Assembly: GCA_900617105.1 (NCBI GenBank)
Contig: UYFQ01000068.1
Location: 1-64,000, forward strand
Length of the DNA stretch: 64,000 bases
Source: Hydrurus foetidus
Taxonomy: Eukaryota
Direction: 5' to 3'
Shown: piece after piece, positions 1 to 11,458 of the stretch
Numbering within the stretch: the first letter of the stretch is position 1
How the letters are laid out: each line of letters opens with the position of its first letter
Notes under the pieces: model-generated
What the model saw: the letters and a program-made list of their open reading frames with translations, nothing else
Told to the model about the DNA's origin: nothing
Databases searched by the model: none
Program-made: the position numbers and the translations under genes

Positions 1-66
1 TCGAGGAAAAAACATTGTGAAGAGAAAAAATACAAAATGTGTTGAATGATTTGAAGGATGATTAAA

Positions 67-2947
67 TCAGATATCGAGTATGTCATACATACCTTTCATG
101 AATCCGCGATAACCTCTAATTGCATAAGAAGCTTTAATCCCAGGTAAGTTCGTGCTATCCCATGACTCATCTGCTGAGTTAGTTATGATAACATTCGGAT
201 CGATGCGGTGTTCATCAGTTGCGTCCTTAGCATCTACAAGATATACTTGATGTCTTTCATCACATTTTTCCAATTCTCGATTTGCGTCAGTAACAATTCG
301 AGGTGGAGGCATATGATCTCGGCATTGCTTGTACACATCCTCTGCGGTAGGACAACGGAATTTCTCTTTTCTCTCCCCATCAGCAATGTAAGTCTTTGTG
401 TCACTTCCGAAAGCATCCACATTTGTTTTGAAACTCGCTGTTGGAGCGAAATGGTGAATGTATTCTTCCAGTCCAAACTTGTCGCAGAATCCACCAACCA
501 TAATTGCATTTAACCTTGACTTATACTGATCTGGACAACCATCCGTGTAACCAACCATATATTTTACTGCTTCTACACCAAATTTTCTTTGCAGGTACTT
601 AACAGCCCAAGCCAAACACTTGTAATGGAAGTAGTATTTGTTTGAAAGTGAGTAATTTCCACATGCCCAGAAGTTGAAACCAATGTTGTGAATAAATCTT
701 TTTGAGTAAGTGTAATTGCACTTATTTGTGACATCTCTGAATTGCGGGGCCAATGAAAATATCATAACATTCTGTATGGCGTGTGCGCTGATAGCACAAT
801 TCAATTTGTCTTGAGGATTTATGTCCAATGTAGCTGAAAAGTCAGCCTTGTAGCGTACCATTCCGTACGTGAATGTGTTATAGTCATATCTCCTTTGATG
901 AGATCCCCACCACGATTGCCATAAGTGCTTCATAACTGCATGTGCTGTTTCTGCTATCTTTTGCATTAACTCATTTGCTGTAAGAGTCACAACAACAAGT
1001 TCTTTTTGTTTTTTATCGCTATTATTTCTTTCTAGATCTTGATATTCCTTGATGTTAATTTGAAGATCATCATCCCACTCAAGAGGACACTTGTAATCTG
1101 TGAAATATTTTTTAGTTCCACACTTATTGCACTCACCATATGCACATTTTCTCTCGAAAATGAATAGCTTCCCATCTTGCCGTCCTGGTTTGATAGCCAC
1201 CTCGGATTTAACTGCTCTCCCGCGGACCCTTTGCCCTTTTGAAACCGACATGAAGTGAGCATTCATTTTGTTGTCGACGTCTCTTTCTATTTTCATTGCA
1301 CAAGCACCTGCTTCCTGTTCCTAATTACATTAATAAAAGTATTATCTGATTGCAAACTAATGTATGATATGTACAATATTTAATATGAATGAAGAATGAC
1401 GACAATCTTAATTACCTGAGTAGAGTATTGTGATATTTCTGGATTTTGGAATTCGGTGTACTCTATTGGTGTACACAACATACCGAGCATGAAATCATTT
1501 GTGGACCTCCATAGATCTCTTTTCTTTTGTCTTGAATGGTAAACACAATTACAATCTGAAATGCTCTGTTTCTTATTGCCAACTTCACTATTTCTTATTT
1601 TACCCAATCCGCACAACAGGTGTGAGAAACCGATAACAAGACTGTCTGCACAATCTCTTTGGGACGGATTTTACAGCAAGGGCACATGGCGTAGTAGAAT
1701 AGTCTTAAGCATATTGTTGGTAAGATCGCCAATTGATTCCCATGATTATCTTTTTTGTTCCATCGATTTTGATATTGCCAATCATGGTATAATTCTGATT
1801 CCATAAAACTATCATGAGTGTCTTTGATTGAATTGTTTTGAATGTGGGGCAGATGATACTCATAAGTACCATCGTCATTCTTTATCATTACTTTCCTCTT
1901 CGCGAATGTGTCCGGTCTAAATGTGCAATGAGCAAATGTTCTGACTACCTCGATATAATTCGGACAGTCTTTTCTCTGTTTCCTCTGTTTGATTGCAAGA
2001 TGTTCTTTGAAATTATTTTGTTTCCGATTTTTTTTCTTTCTAGGACCACGATCGTCATGGAAAAAGAAGTCATCATCAGGATCAATTTGAAGAGAAGCAA
2101 ACAAATAACACATGCCAAGCTCCTCAGATCCTCTCCCTCCTGTGAAGCTGTCTTGCATGGCCTCAAGGCTTTGATCATCATCGTGTTGGGGACTGGTACT
2201 ACTTGAACTGGACTTTGTAGCGCATATCTTGTCATATATTTTTCTTTTCTGCACGATTGATGGTAGCACTTTCCGATTGACACCCAACCTCGTAGCAACT
2301 GCTCTAATCGAAACATCACTAATCACCAATGCTTCTACTATATGCTGCCTCACGTATTCATTTTCAGTAAAATTTGTTCCTCCACTCTGTAATGAAGATA
2401 AGTACTTTACAGCACTATCAACAATCTTTGTGTCCATCAGTCCTGTCGATTCTTCATCAGTCACCTTGAATATACTCCGTACTCTAGAGAATACGTGGTT
2501 TACGAATTGGTCTGTTCTGGTTTGTCCCCACTTGTTGCCCGAGATACTCGTTCCATAGTTGTCAATTCCAATGAGGATATTGAACATTTGTTCGAGTTTC
2601 TCAAGAAAAGGTTTAGCTAATTTGTAAAGAGCAGTTCTGCTGAAACAGGTGTCCACAATAAGAGTCGGTGCAATCTCTTCAGGAGATACAGACGCAGCCA
2701 TAACACCTGCATCTTCGGCACAAACATCTCCAGCAATCTTAACACCCTCGTAGTCATGGACCATTGAATCTCTTGATGGAGTTATAAGATTTCGCTGGTG
2801 CACATCACTCCAACTATCAATGTCACCTCGGTTGTTGACATTACTAACAAAAGCGGCAGATAAATTTCCATCTTCGTCACTGTCATTGTCGACGATAGAA
2901 TCTTTTAGGGGGTGCTTACCACCCCCTAAAAGATTCAGTAATCTCAA
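67..2947 (-). mobile_element. Sola-like (probably Sola2-type) DDD transposase gene; spliced, one frameshift, 3' end probably runs off the window
   Basis: ORFs 1595-2947, 1380-1616 and 67-1296 join via a 1-nt frameshift in an A run near 1670 (restoring CPCCKNPSQRDCADSL) and a phase-0 GT-AG intron 1415-1321. Motifs ADFSA...QD, YTDGCPDQYK and FKTNVDAFG match the DFSEN / SDGCxxQxK / GKxxxDG pattern I associate with Sola transposases. Cys clusters lie upstream. Confidence 0.65.
2898..2936. repeat. perfect 17-bp inverted repeat with 5-nt loop
   Basis: gaatcttttagggggtg-cttac-caccccctaaaagattc; the arms are exact reverse complements. Confidence 0.95.
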
Positions 2948-3303
2948 AAAACGGAAATGGAAATCCCATGAATTTCACTTCGTTCCCACCTCAACTTGGT
3001 ATAATATCTCTACACACTATCACAGAAATAACACTGCAGCAAGATAGGGAATCATTTCAATCAAAATCTGAGTCGGCCATTATTCTCGCCGTAGTTTCTT
3101 TGCTACAGTGCAGTGCTTTATTGATAACTCAATCGACATTGTAATTTAAGCGATTTTCCTGAAAAAAGTGCTACTTTTTGAAGCATTCAGTTGCAATTCT
3201 TGAAACAACGAGGGACTCCTGCTTGGAGCTTTTTGCCAAATTGGGCAAAGCATACTATCTGCTGAGGATATCTGCAGCAATCTCCAAGCAAAATAGTCTT
3301 TAA

Positions 3304-6300
3304 ATGACAATTTTTGGAAGCTTCCACTTCTCTGATACACTTCTGAGAACATGTTCGAAAGCGATTGCGATTATGGTGGTCAGATTTCGCCCTACAGCAC
3401 CGGTCTTTCATACTGCAGCATCTATTGCAGAAGTTCTCCAGAAGTTGGAACAAGGCAATCGATCGTCTCTGTTTGCGGATGCTGATAGCATTAAGCTTGG
3501 ACTCATGAATCCTACCATTCGGAGAGCAATCATGAAGAGACATCCTAATCGGTTCACTTTCCAGAGATGCAAAAGGAAAGAAAGCACAATTGGGAGTGGT
3601 GCAAACATGTTTCAAAGTGGGTATCAGATAAAGTTCATGGAGAGTGAGACTGCAATTATCTGCGAGTCACTCGTGGACACCATTACTGCAGTGCGGGTGC
3701 TTACCGATAAGATTTTGCAGGACTGCGCAATCAGCGTTTCTCCACCGAGTGCGAAGAAATCAAATACAAATACTGTCAGTCCTGCTGCATTAGCTCAGGC
3801 GTCAATCGCCAAAGTGTTATCGACACCGAAATCAGCACCAAAGGACGCAAGTGAAAAAAGTAGAAGGACAATTAAGATGCTTCGTGCAACACTTTCTTAC
3901 ATAAGGAAAAAGGAAAACAAAAGAAAGGAGGAGCCAACAATCAATGTAGGAAAAATTGCAATGGGGGAGAAGCTGACACAACTTGTTGCAGAGGCTGGAG
4001 TGTTCACAGAAATTATCAATGGGAAAGAAACATTGTCGATACTTACGGGCTTACTCATTCAAGACTTAAGATCTAACTGTGGTTGCTCGCTAACTAAAAT
4101 GCCCATAATAATCTCCACTGTACTTACTATGTTCTTCGGTCTTGTGGACGTTGAATCCTTCACCAGTCTTTTACGGTCTAGTGATACCTACTCACTCGCC
4201 AGTGAGAGGACAGCTGAACTAGTGATTTATAACGGGAAAAGGAGATTCATAGATCGATTAGCTGAAGATGCAATTCTAAATGCATATTTAATACTCGATG
4301 CTTCAAATAAAAAAAACAAAGGATTGGTAGCAAAACCAATAAACTATGTCTCAAATGATGGAGTGGTAAGGTTAGGATCTTTGCAGATTGATAACACAGG
4401 TTAGTAGCACAGACGCCTATTCGCATATATATCAATTCACAAATGTTTGATTTCATTTTATTTAACATGGTGTTCACATGAATGTCAATGTAACAGTCAC
4501 GAAGAAGGCTGCAGGGAGCTCACTACTTACCATAGAGAGTTTACAACAGGAGCTAGGCGATGGAGTTGTCTTCATCTTCGGTGGAATTACCGACGCATTT
4601 GGAGCTGCACAAGATGAGATGATATCGGTAATGAGATACATCGATAATCATGCGAAGGTGGTAAGCGAAATAGTACCCGGTATACTGATTAGAAAAAGCA
4701 AGATTGACGGACTATTTTATGATCACTCTGGTACTTTTAGAGAGGCATGTACACGAACATGTCAGATGCAAAACTTCGAACGAGTGTTGGTGAGTCTATT
4801 TGATGTACTCATGGGTAGTCAGGGATTAAACTACGATATGACATCAGCACAAAACTTATACAGACTAAACTACTATTGGGTGAAGTTTAAGGCTATGGTT
4901 GAGGCATTAACTACACAGTCAGTGGGGGGAGATCCAAATTATTTCAAGAAAGCGCCGAAGGAAATACGCAATCTTATAGGTGGGATAGCAAGAACAAGAT
5001 GGTTATCAACTGAGCGCACAACAGAGAGATTGATCAGCTTACTAAGGGTAGAGGCTACTGAAGAATTTACAAATTTTATCAAGCCCTATCTAGGTAATGA
5101 AGATTCTGACAATTGGAAAGCAGCAATGAAGTACTGTGTCTGCATTGACAGTACTCACCTATCTCAATTTCTGCTCACGTTCTGGTATCTGGCGAATCAT
5201 ACACCTGGTGGCAAAAAGGGAGAAGGATTAGTGGGGTGCATGAAAGTTCTTGGATTTCTGGGGAGTCCTTACCAGAGAGTTTCTATATTCATCGTTGCGT
5301 CTTTATATCCTATCCATCTCGATTGGGTGAAATTCTCGGATAGAGTGTCTGAAATTGGTATAGCAGCAAAAGCTATTAGTACTCGATCAATCGAAAATGT
5401 TTTATTTGAAAGACACTTCGTTGAATGCATATTGTGTCTTAGTACGGATTGGAGGAAAGTTTTACCAGATGCAAATGAATTTTTGATATCAGAAACATCT
5501 AGGGCAAAGGCAGTAGGTCTTATAGATGATGAAAAAGTTATGGTGGATTACTTTGATGCACAGATGAAAATGGGTACAGAGCCAATGATGGAAGTGACGA
5601 AAAAGTACTTCATTATTCCTGGTCTACGGATAGGATGGTCTATACTACAGGTTGTTGATCCTTATGTGGGGCCTGCAGCAGCTGCTGCAATACTATGTGC
5701 ATTACGTAAGCTAGGACACATTAATGAGGACGACAGTAGCTGCTCAGATGATATACTGCTCTTACCGGACACTGACATACTTGGTGGACCCTGGACCTCA
5801 TCTTCCGAAACTCATGCAGCACCTAATATTAGTATGCGAAAGTATCAGGATATGATAATAGAAGGATACACAGCCGCAACAACGACTGTGTCGCAATCAG
5901 TGGTTAAAGCGTATGCATTATCAAACACTATGATAGTCAATGAGCTTAAACTTATCGCAAAAGGAAATCTAAAAACTACACTGATAGAACACGGGAAGTG
6001 GCCAATTGATAGACACCTAAAGAACTACTGGGACCTATTCAAAGAGAAGTATCCTGCATTAGAAGACACTCTTACGACAAATTTCGAATCGCGACCTATA
6101 ACAGGAACAGCTGCAGAACAGACATTCAGTCTTACAGGAACACAAGTAAGTGCAAATAATGCTGCATGCACTAACGCGAAAAATATGAGACATGCATCGG
6201 ACATCGAAGGCGCAATACTTAGGGACATAAAAGATTTTAGAGCAGCACACATAGAAGGCACTAGACATCGCTTATTGAGGGAGAAAAATTCAATACACGT

Positions 6301-6715
6301 TTACCTGTCGGAACTGGTTAAAAAGGGTGAAGCATTGGCTAGCTGTGCCATCAGAGACGGTGTCGTAGCGATTCCTACAAAAAGAGACATAAGAGGAGGA
6401 GGGAAAAAAAGTGCGGAATTAATTGCGTCATTACCACATTCTATGAATGAAATGGATGCTAACGCTAAGAAGGAGTCAAGTATGGCAGGTAGTGATGCCC
6501 TGCACAAAGCAATAATGGACTCAAGTGATGCGAAATTAAACGGATGGGATAATATGCCAGAACAAAAAATTGATCCACTCATTGAGTCAGCCAGGAAACT
6601 AACAATAGCCGCGATAAGAGAAAAATTATTGGAGTACTACCAAAATGATGCATTACTTATCAAAGTAATAAAGAAACTCAAAAAGGTGATAATGATGTGG
6701 AGGATTGCCTGGTGA
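3304..6715 (+). mobile_element. divergent hAT-like DDE transposase gene (2 exons, intron 4400-4496)
   Basis: Splicing at G|GTTAG...TAACAG|TC joins the 366-aa and 745-aa ORFs in frame (IDNT-V-TKK). Motifs occur in hAT order: LILDAS (D1), ITDAFG (D2), TCQMQ (CxxH position), TRWLS (RW motif) and PITGTAAEQTFS (PxTSxxxERxFS-like, catalytic E). Start and 3' end are uncertain. Confidence 0.6.
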
Positions 6716-6805
6716 AGAAAATTGTAGAGTATTGGAGGGAAAACAGTATTATTCCTGTTTAAATTTAATCTCACATATTCATGAATGCAGACCATAAGGT
6801 CGGTC

Positions 6806-6925
6806 CCAGTGATTGACAAAATACAGAATACAAAATACAAATTCCTGTGTCCACCAAATGTGAACGTACCATTGTAGTGGAGGCAAAATACAAAAAAAAA
6901 TATTTTGTATTTTGTCCATCACTAG
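6806..6925. mobile_element. hAT-type MITE (120 bp)
   Basis: TIRs ccagtgattgacaaaatacagaata / tattttgtattttgtccatcactag; flanking 8-bp direct repeats ggtcggtc / gatcggtc (7/8 match). Confidence 0.75.
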
Positions 6926-7093
6926 GATCGGTCTAACATAGTAAGAAACGACGTAAATATACGAGCTTCACAAGGTACTGAATAATAATACAAAGAGTCT
7001 AGCAAGTAACATAAAATAAAATGCAATCCATCTCTTACTTCATCTCCTACACCTATCCACTCTGCCACAGCGTAATGCATCGCTCATATTTAA

Positions 7094-7221
7094 GGGTGAC
7101 GAGCTGCCAGTGCTTATTGTTTGTGCACTTGCATCTCGCCACCCATTCGCTCTGCAACAGCTTCAATTTAGGTGGCGAGCTGCCAGTGCTTACTGCTCCT
7201 GCACTTGCAGCTCGCCAACCT
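7094..7221. repeat. two tandem ~50-nt imperfect hairpins (direct repeats of each other)
   Basis: 7094-7144 and 7170-7221 share ggtgrcgagctgccagtgc...gcacttgcakctcgcca, and each folds back on itself. Confidence 0.8.
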
Positions 7222-7757
7222 CACTTTTAACCACTATCCAGTAGCTCCTCATCATGTGGAAAAATTTTTGGGGAGGGATTTTAGATTTGCAAGAGTTTGG
7301 GGGAAAAAGAAATAAGAGAAAACGCTGCAAATGACCACGCGACATCAGGCCTCAAACATCAAGTAATAGACAGCTGAGACGAGTTCATAAAAGATGAAAC
7401 ATTCATGTATTTTTGAGTCGAAAATTGAGGCACGAGAGGGTCAGACGCTTTTTAATTTTACCTCTTGCAGGCAATCTGACAGTTGCTAAACCTCGTCCAT
7501 AGTGCTTCTCGACCGTCTCTTAAACCTGCTGGCCTCAATCGGAGTGTAAGAATGTTGGTGAGGAGCAGAAAAAATGAAGGCATCGCATCGACAACTGTGC
7601 TCCGCGAAATAGGCTTCAAAAGCATGAAAGTTGCAATTTTTTACATCACCATGTAAGGCAGATCAGCCAGAGAACAGCATGCTGCTTGCCAGCTCCAGCG
7701 CCCAAGAATCCATTGTGCTGTGCTGTCAGACAGATTATTGTAGAGTAGGGAATCATG

Positions 7758-8549
7758 TGTTGGAGTATCCGGAGAAAAGACACTGCTGTAGTTGTATAGT
7801 ATATGTGTGTGGATCCTGACGGTCAGCGGTGTGCATCCTGGGGATGTGGACTGTGGACCGTTGGTTGTATGGGCTCATGGAGCCATCCATTCATCTATCT
7901 TCAACATGGATAGAACATGTGCAATTGCCTTGATATGTAAAGCTTCGTTGCCGTCTTGATTGATGCCGGTGCACAAGTTTAATTATCAAGTAATTACACA
8001 GTACAAGTCTATTTTACGAGCCTTGGGTCACCGGAAGCACGCGCCACTAAGCATCCAGATTTAGAGAAAGCCCAACATAATTAAACTAGTCAGCGCATCG
8101 AGATGCCGCCGAAGAAACAAGAAGAACCAAAATCAGGTGCAGAGCAGTGCATACTGAAATTTGGGCGTTACAACAACGTGGTGCAGTGGAGGGAAGATAT
8201 GCAGAACGAGGCATGCGGCCTCTACGGGATGACGGGCACGTTCTTCACCACCAACAAGAGTTACGTCCATCCGTATCCTCGCGAGGAGGACTACAATCCC
8301 ACCTTTCTAACGGTGGAAATCGATACCCCGACAGCGGGTACCGAAAATGAAGACGAGGAAGACGAGTCCGTAGACTTCGAAAATGTCATGATCGGGCCAC
8401 AGCTTCCTCCAGAGCCCCCTGTCGTGTACTCCGAGGCACTTATCGACAGGCTGAGAGCCAATGCGTTCGAGGGACGCCGCAAGGCAGTAGAGACCAAAAA
8501 GTCGACGAGCAAAAGCTCTTTCCACTCATGTGGTCCGTACATTTTCTAA
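7758..8549 (+). mobile_element. LTR retrotransposon remnant: putative 5' LTR (7758-8077) plus truncated gag-like ORF (8103-8549)
   Basis: The segment is bounded by TGTTGG...CCAACA inverted termini. A GC-richer intronless ORF (MPPKK...NVVQWREDMQNEACGLYG) starts 25 nt later and breaks off into AT-rich host-like DNA. No pol, second LTR or clear PBS is visible. Confidence 0.45.
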
Positions 8550-8885
8550 GCACGTACGTTAACAAGAAAACCTGCATCTACTGTAGTACGCACGAGGTTC
8601 TGAGAACACGAAAATACAAATCCAAATCAAAATACGAAAGTTCAATGAAATCTTGATGTCAGAGTTTATTTAGAGGTACGTATTAGAGAATCTCCATTTG
8701 AGTCAGTAAGTCGGACAGACAACTGCTCCACTCATCAAGTATCTCATGGATTGGCTGGATACTCTTGATATTTATTGTTGAAGCGAAAGAATGACCAAAT
8801 AATTCGCGTTGCTGATGTCATATGCTCCAGTTTTGCAGTCGTTGCAGTATAATCGACAGATAACTGTAATACCGGCAGCGCTATT

Positions 8886-9524
8886 ATGAAACTTGATATT
8901 CTAAGAATCAGAGCAAAGCGCCAAATCGAGATGACAAGGGCTATCAGGGCGGGCGATCTGGCTCTTGCAATGGCGTGCCACTCTCGACACCCAGAGACGT
9001 ACCTACTTCAAGACGCACTTGGATGCACACCAATATTCGTGGCCTGCTCCGAAGGCCATCACGAAATAGTTGATTGGTTGCTATCTCTCGGTGGCAACGA
9101 TGTTCTGGCGTCCGACAAGAACGACTACAACGCCCTTCATGCCGCTGCCAGCCACGGTCACCTAAAAGTAGCCCAAATCTTGCTACGAGAGGGCTTTGCA
9201 TCACCTGATCAGATTGACCGAATTGGATTCCAAGGATTTACTCCGTTCTTCGTGGCTTGCATATTTAGTTACTTGGAAGTAGCAGAAATTTTACTTGATG
9301 CGGGGGCGAATATCAATAAGACTGATAGGCAAGGCAACACTGCACTCATGGTAGCCTGCAAAGTTGGGAAATTCGAAACAGTTAAATTCTTAATTTGGCA
9401 AGGTGCGGGTGTTTATCAAACGAATATTAGTGGACTGACCGCCTTGCAGATTGCTGAGAAAAACAGTCACGAAGAGATTGTTAAGTACCTAACAATCAGC
9501 GACATTATCATTGTGGAAGAATAA
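8886..9524 (+). CDS. ankyrin repeat protein (about 5 repeats), intronless
   Basis: Repeated G-x-TP/TA-L-x-x-A...GH/GK-x-E-x-V-x-x-L motifs (GCTPIFVACSEGHHEIVDWLL, YNALHAAASHGHLKVAQILL, GNTALMVACKVGKFETVKFLI). Confidence 0.9.
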   Translation: MKLDILRIRAKRQIEMTRAIRAGDLALAMACHSRHPETYLLQDALGCTPIFVACSEGHHEIVDWLLSLGGNDVLASDKNDYNALHAAASHGHLKVAQILLREGFASPDQIDRIGFQGFTPFFVACIFSYLEVAEILLDAGANINKTDRQGNTALMVACKVGKFETVKFLIWQGAGVYQTNISGLTALQIAEKNSHEEIVKYLTISDIIIVEE

Positions 9525-10898
9525 TTCATACACGTCTTCTGCACTGCTAAACAATCGGGATCGAAATATTGTTGTATTCACAACGGAACAGCTGTTTTGG
9601 GAATTTTCTTTAAGCACCTTTGACAAACATAAAGCGACCAATGTTGTTTTCAGCGGTGCTTTTTGATCATTAAAATACGATACTCCTGTTTATCTGTGAC
9701 TTCAACAATACCAGAATAGAAATTGGGACAGGAATGAATAGGGGGAGGGACAAATTGTATTCATCGATATGTAATGTACCGTGCCGTATCGTTACGTACT
9801 ACTTCTGCGTGTGGATCTATTTATCTGAATTGCGCTATCGAGCAAAATACAAAAAAATGGACACCACAACTAAAAAGCGCAAAAAATGAAACTAAATAAA
9901 GCGAAGCAAAACAAAATAGAATAGAATAGAAAGAAATCATTTCGAGTAACTGCTATTAGCATCTTTATTCAAATTTAAACTTGTCACTTCGACTCATCCA
10001 AAATGATGATTTCTACTACTCTATTTTTTCGGTATTTCTTTCCGTGATGTTTTACAGTTCAGACTGACATTTACTTTTTCCAAAAAATAATTGACAATTG
10101 CACACGTGCGTATTTTCGAAACATTAAAAACTAGCAGTTTTTTGCTTCTTTTTTGATATTCAGACGCAAACTATCAAAATTTTCACCATTATTTTTCATC
10201 ATTATTTTCTACGTTTTTCATACTTTTTTCCTTATTTTAAATAATTTATTCGTATTTTAAATTTCTGTATTCACTACGCTCGTTTCACACACGTGAACTT
10301 TTTGTTTTTCCTAGTTAAATTATTAAATTTCAGTGTCGCAACAAATTCAATTTTTTGACAAGTAAAACACAATACCCGGTGCTTCTAAATTTCGTCAAGA
10401 ATTTCGATCCAAATATCGTATACCGTATTCTGCGTTCTGGCAGTCATGATTACACACACGAAAGTGGTGCGCCAAGGAACGCAGCACAGTATCCATTGAG
10501 TCTTATGCAGGCAAGCCGTGTACCGAATGCCGTTTACGGGATTATATGGAAATGGTGACTGAGGCAATCTATGACAAGTGCTTTCCTGGCTTTCGCGTCA
10601 GCCACGCACAGCAAGTCGTGACAAAATAATTCAGTTTTACCATCTAAAAATAACGATGTGTATGATCATAATAGAAGGAGGAGGGAAGGGAAGACCTAAC
10701 CTGTCGATTTTTTATTTCGGTTGTCATGTCATTGCTGCGCCTTTTTGAATTTGTAGAGTGATAAAACAGTCAAAAGGTCCGTAGAACGGTTTTACTTTTA
10801 CCGATTGAAGCGATTTTCACTTCTCACCTCTGGTCATTTGCATTGCGCAATACGTGATATTTATTTTATCTTCACGTCGTGCGAAGTACATTGTAGCT

Positions 10899-11059
10899 CA
10901 AAGCTCCTCATTTATTCCAGGTCCACGTTTAATCTGGACCCACCCCTCCCTGTACACGACAATAAACTGTACCGTACTGTTTTCAGTACGGTACAATTAA
11001 TTGTCGTGTATAAGGTTGGGTCCGGATTAATGTATACCTGGAATAAAAGAGGAGCCTTG
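10899..11059. mobile_element. fully palindromic MITE, family P, copy 1
   Basis: caaagctcctc...gaggagccttg folds along its whole length around ctgtaccgtactg-tttt-cagtacggtac; AGCT on both flanks. Confidence 0.85.
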
Positions 11060-11458
11060 AGCTGTAAAGCTACAATCAGTTGCAATTAAACAAAATTGAT
11101 GCGATTTTCTTTAATTCGATTATTTAATTAAACCAGCTAGCACAGAATTCAGGCTTCAAGCATCACTCTTATCATGTAATGGTAATCTCAAAAACGAAAA
11201 CGTCATTAACGATTTCTTCCGAATATTTCAATTACAATTTTTATCATTGAATTCACACTGTAAGAAAAGAATTAGTGAAATAAATAAATTTTGAAAAATA
11301 TAACATTTCGATTGACCTTTGCCCAACTATCATTTCTGTTTTCTTTTTTACCCTTTTGTTTTTCTTCTAATTCATTTAAATCGTTTATTTTTCTTTTTTT
11401 CTTCTTTCACTCCTTATTTTCTTCTTCATATTTTCGTCTTATTTACCATCTAATTATC

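Noticed and set aside
7094..7221. CRISPR-like repeat-spacer appearance
   Set aside because: Only two units, eukaryotic context and no cas genes.
10355..10620. Slightly GC-richer short ORF (67 aa)
   Set aside because: No recognisable motif, ATG start or convincing splice structure.
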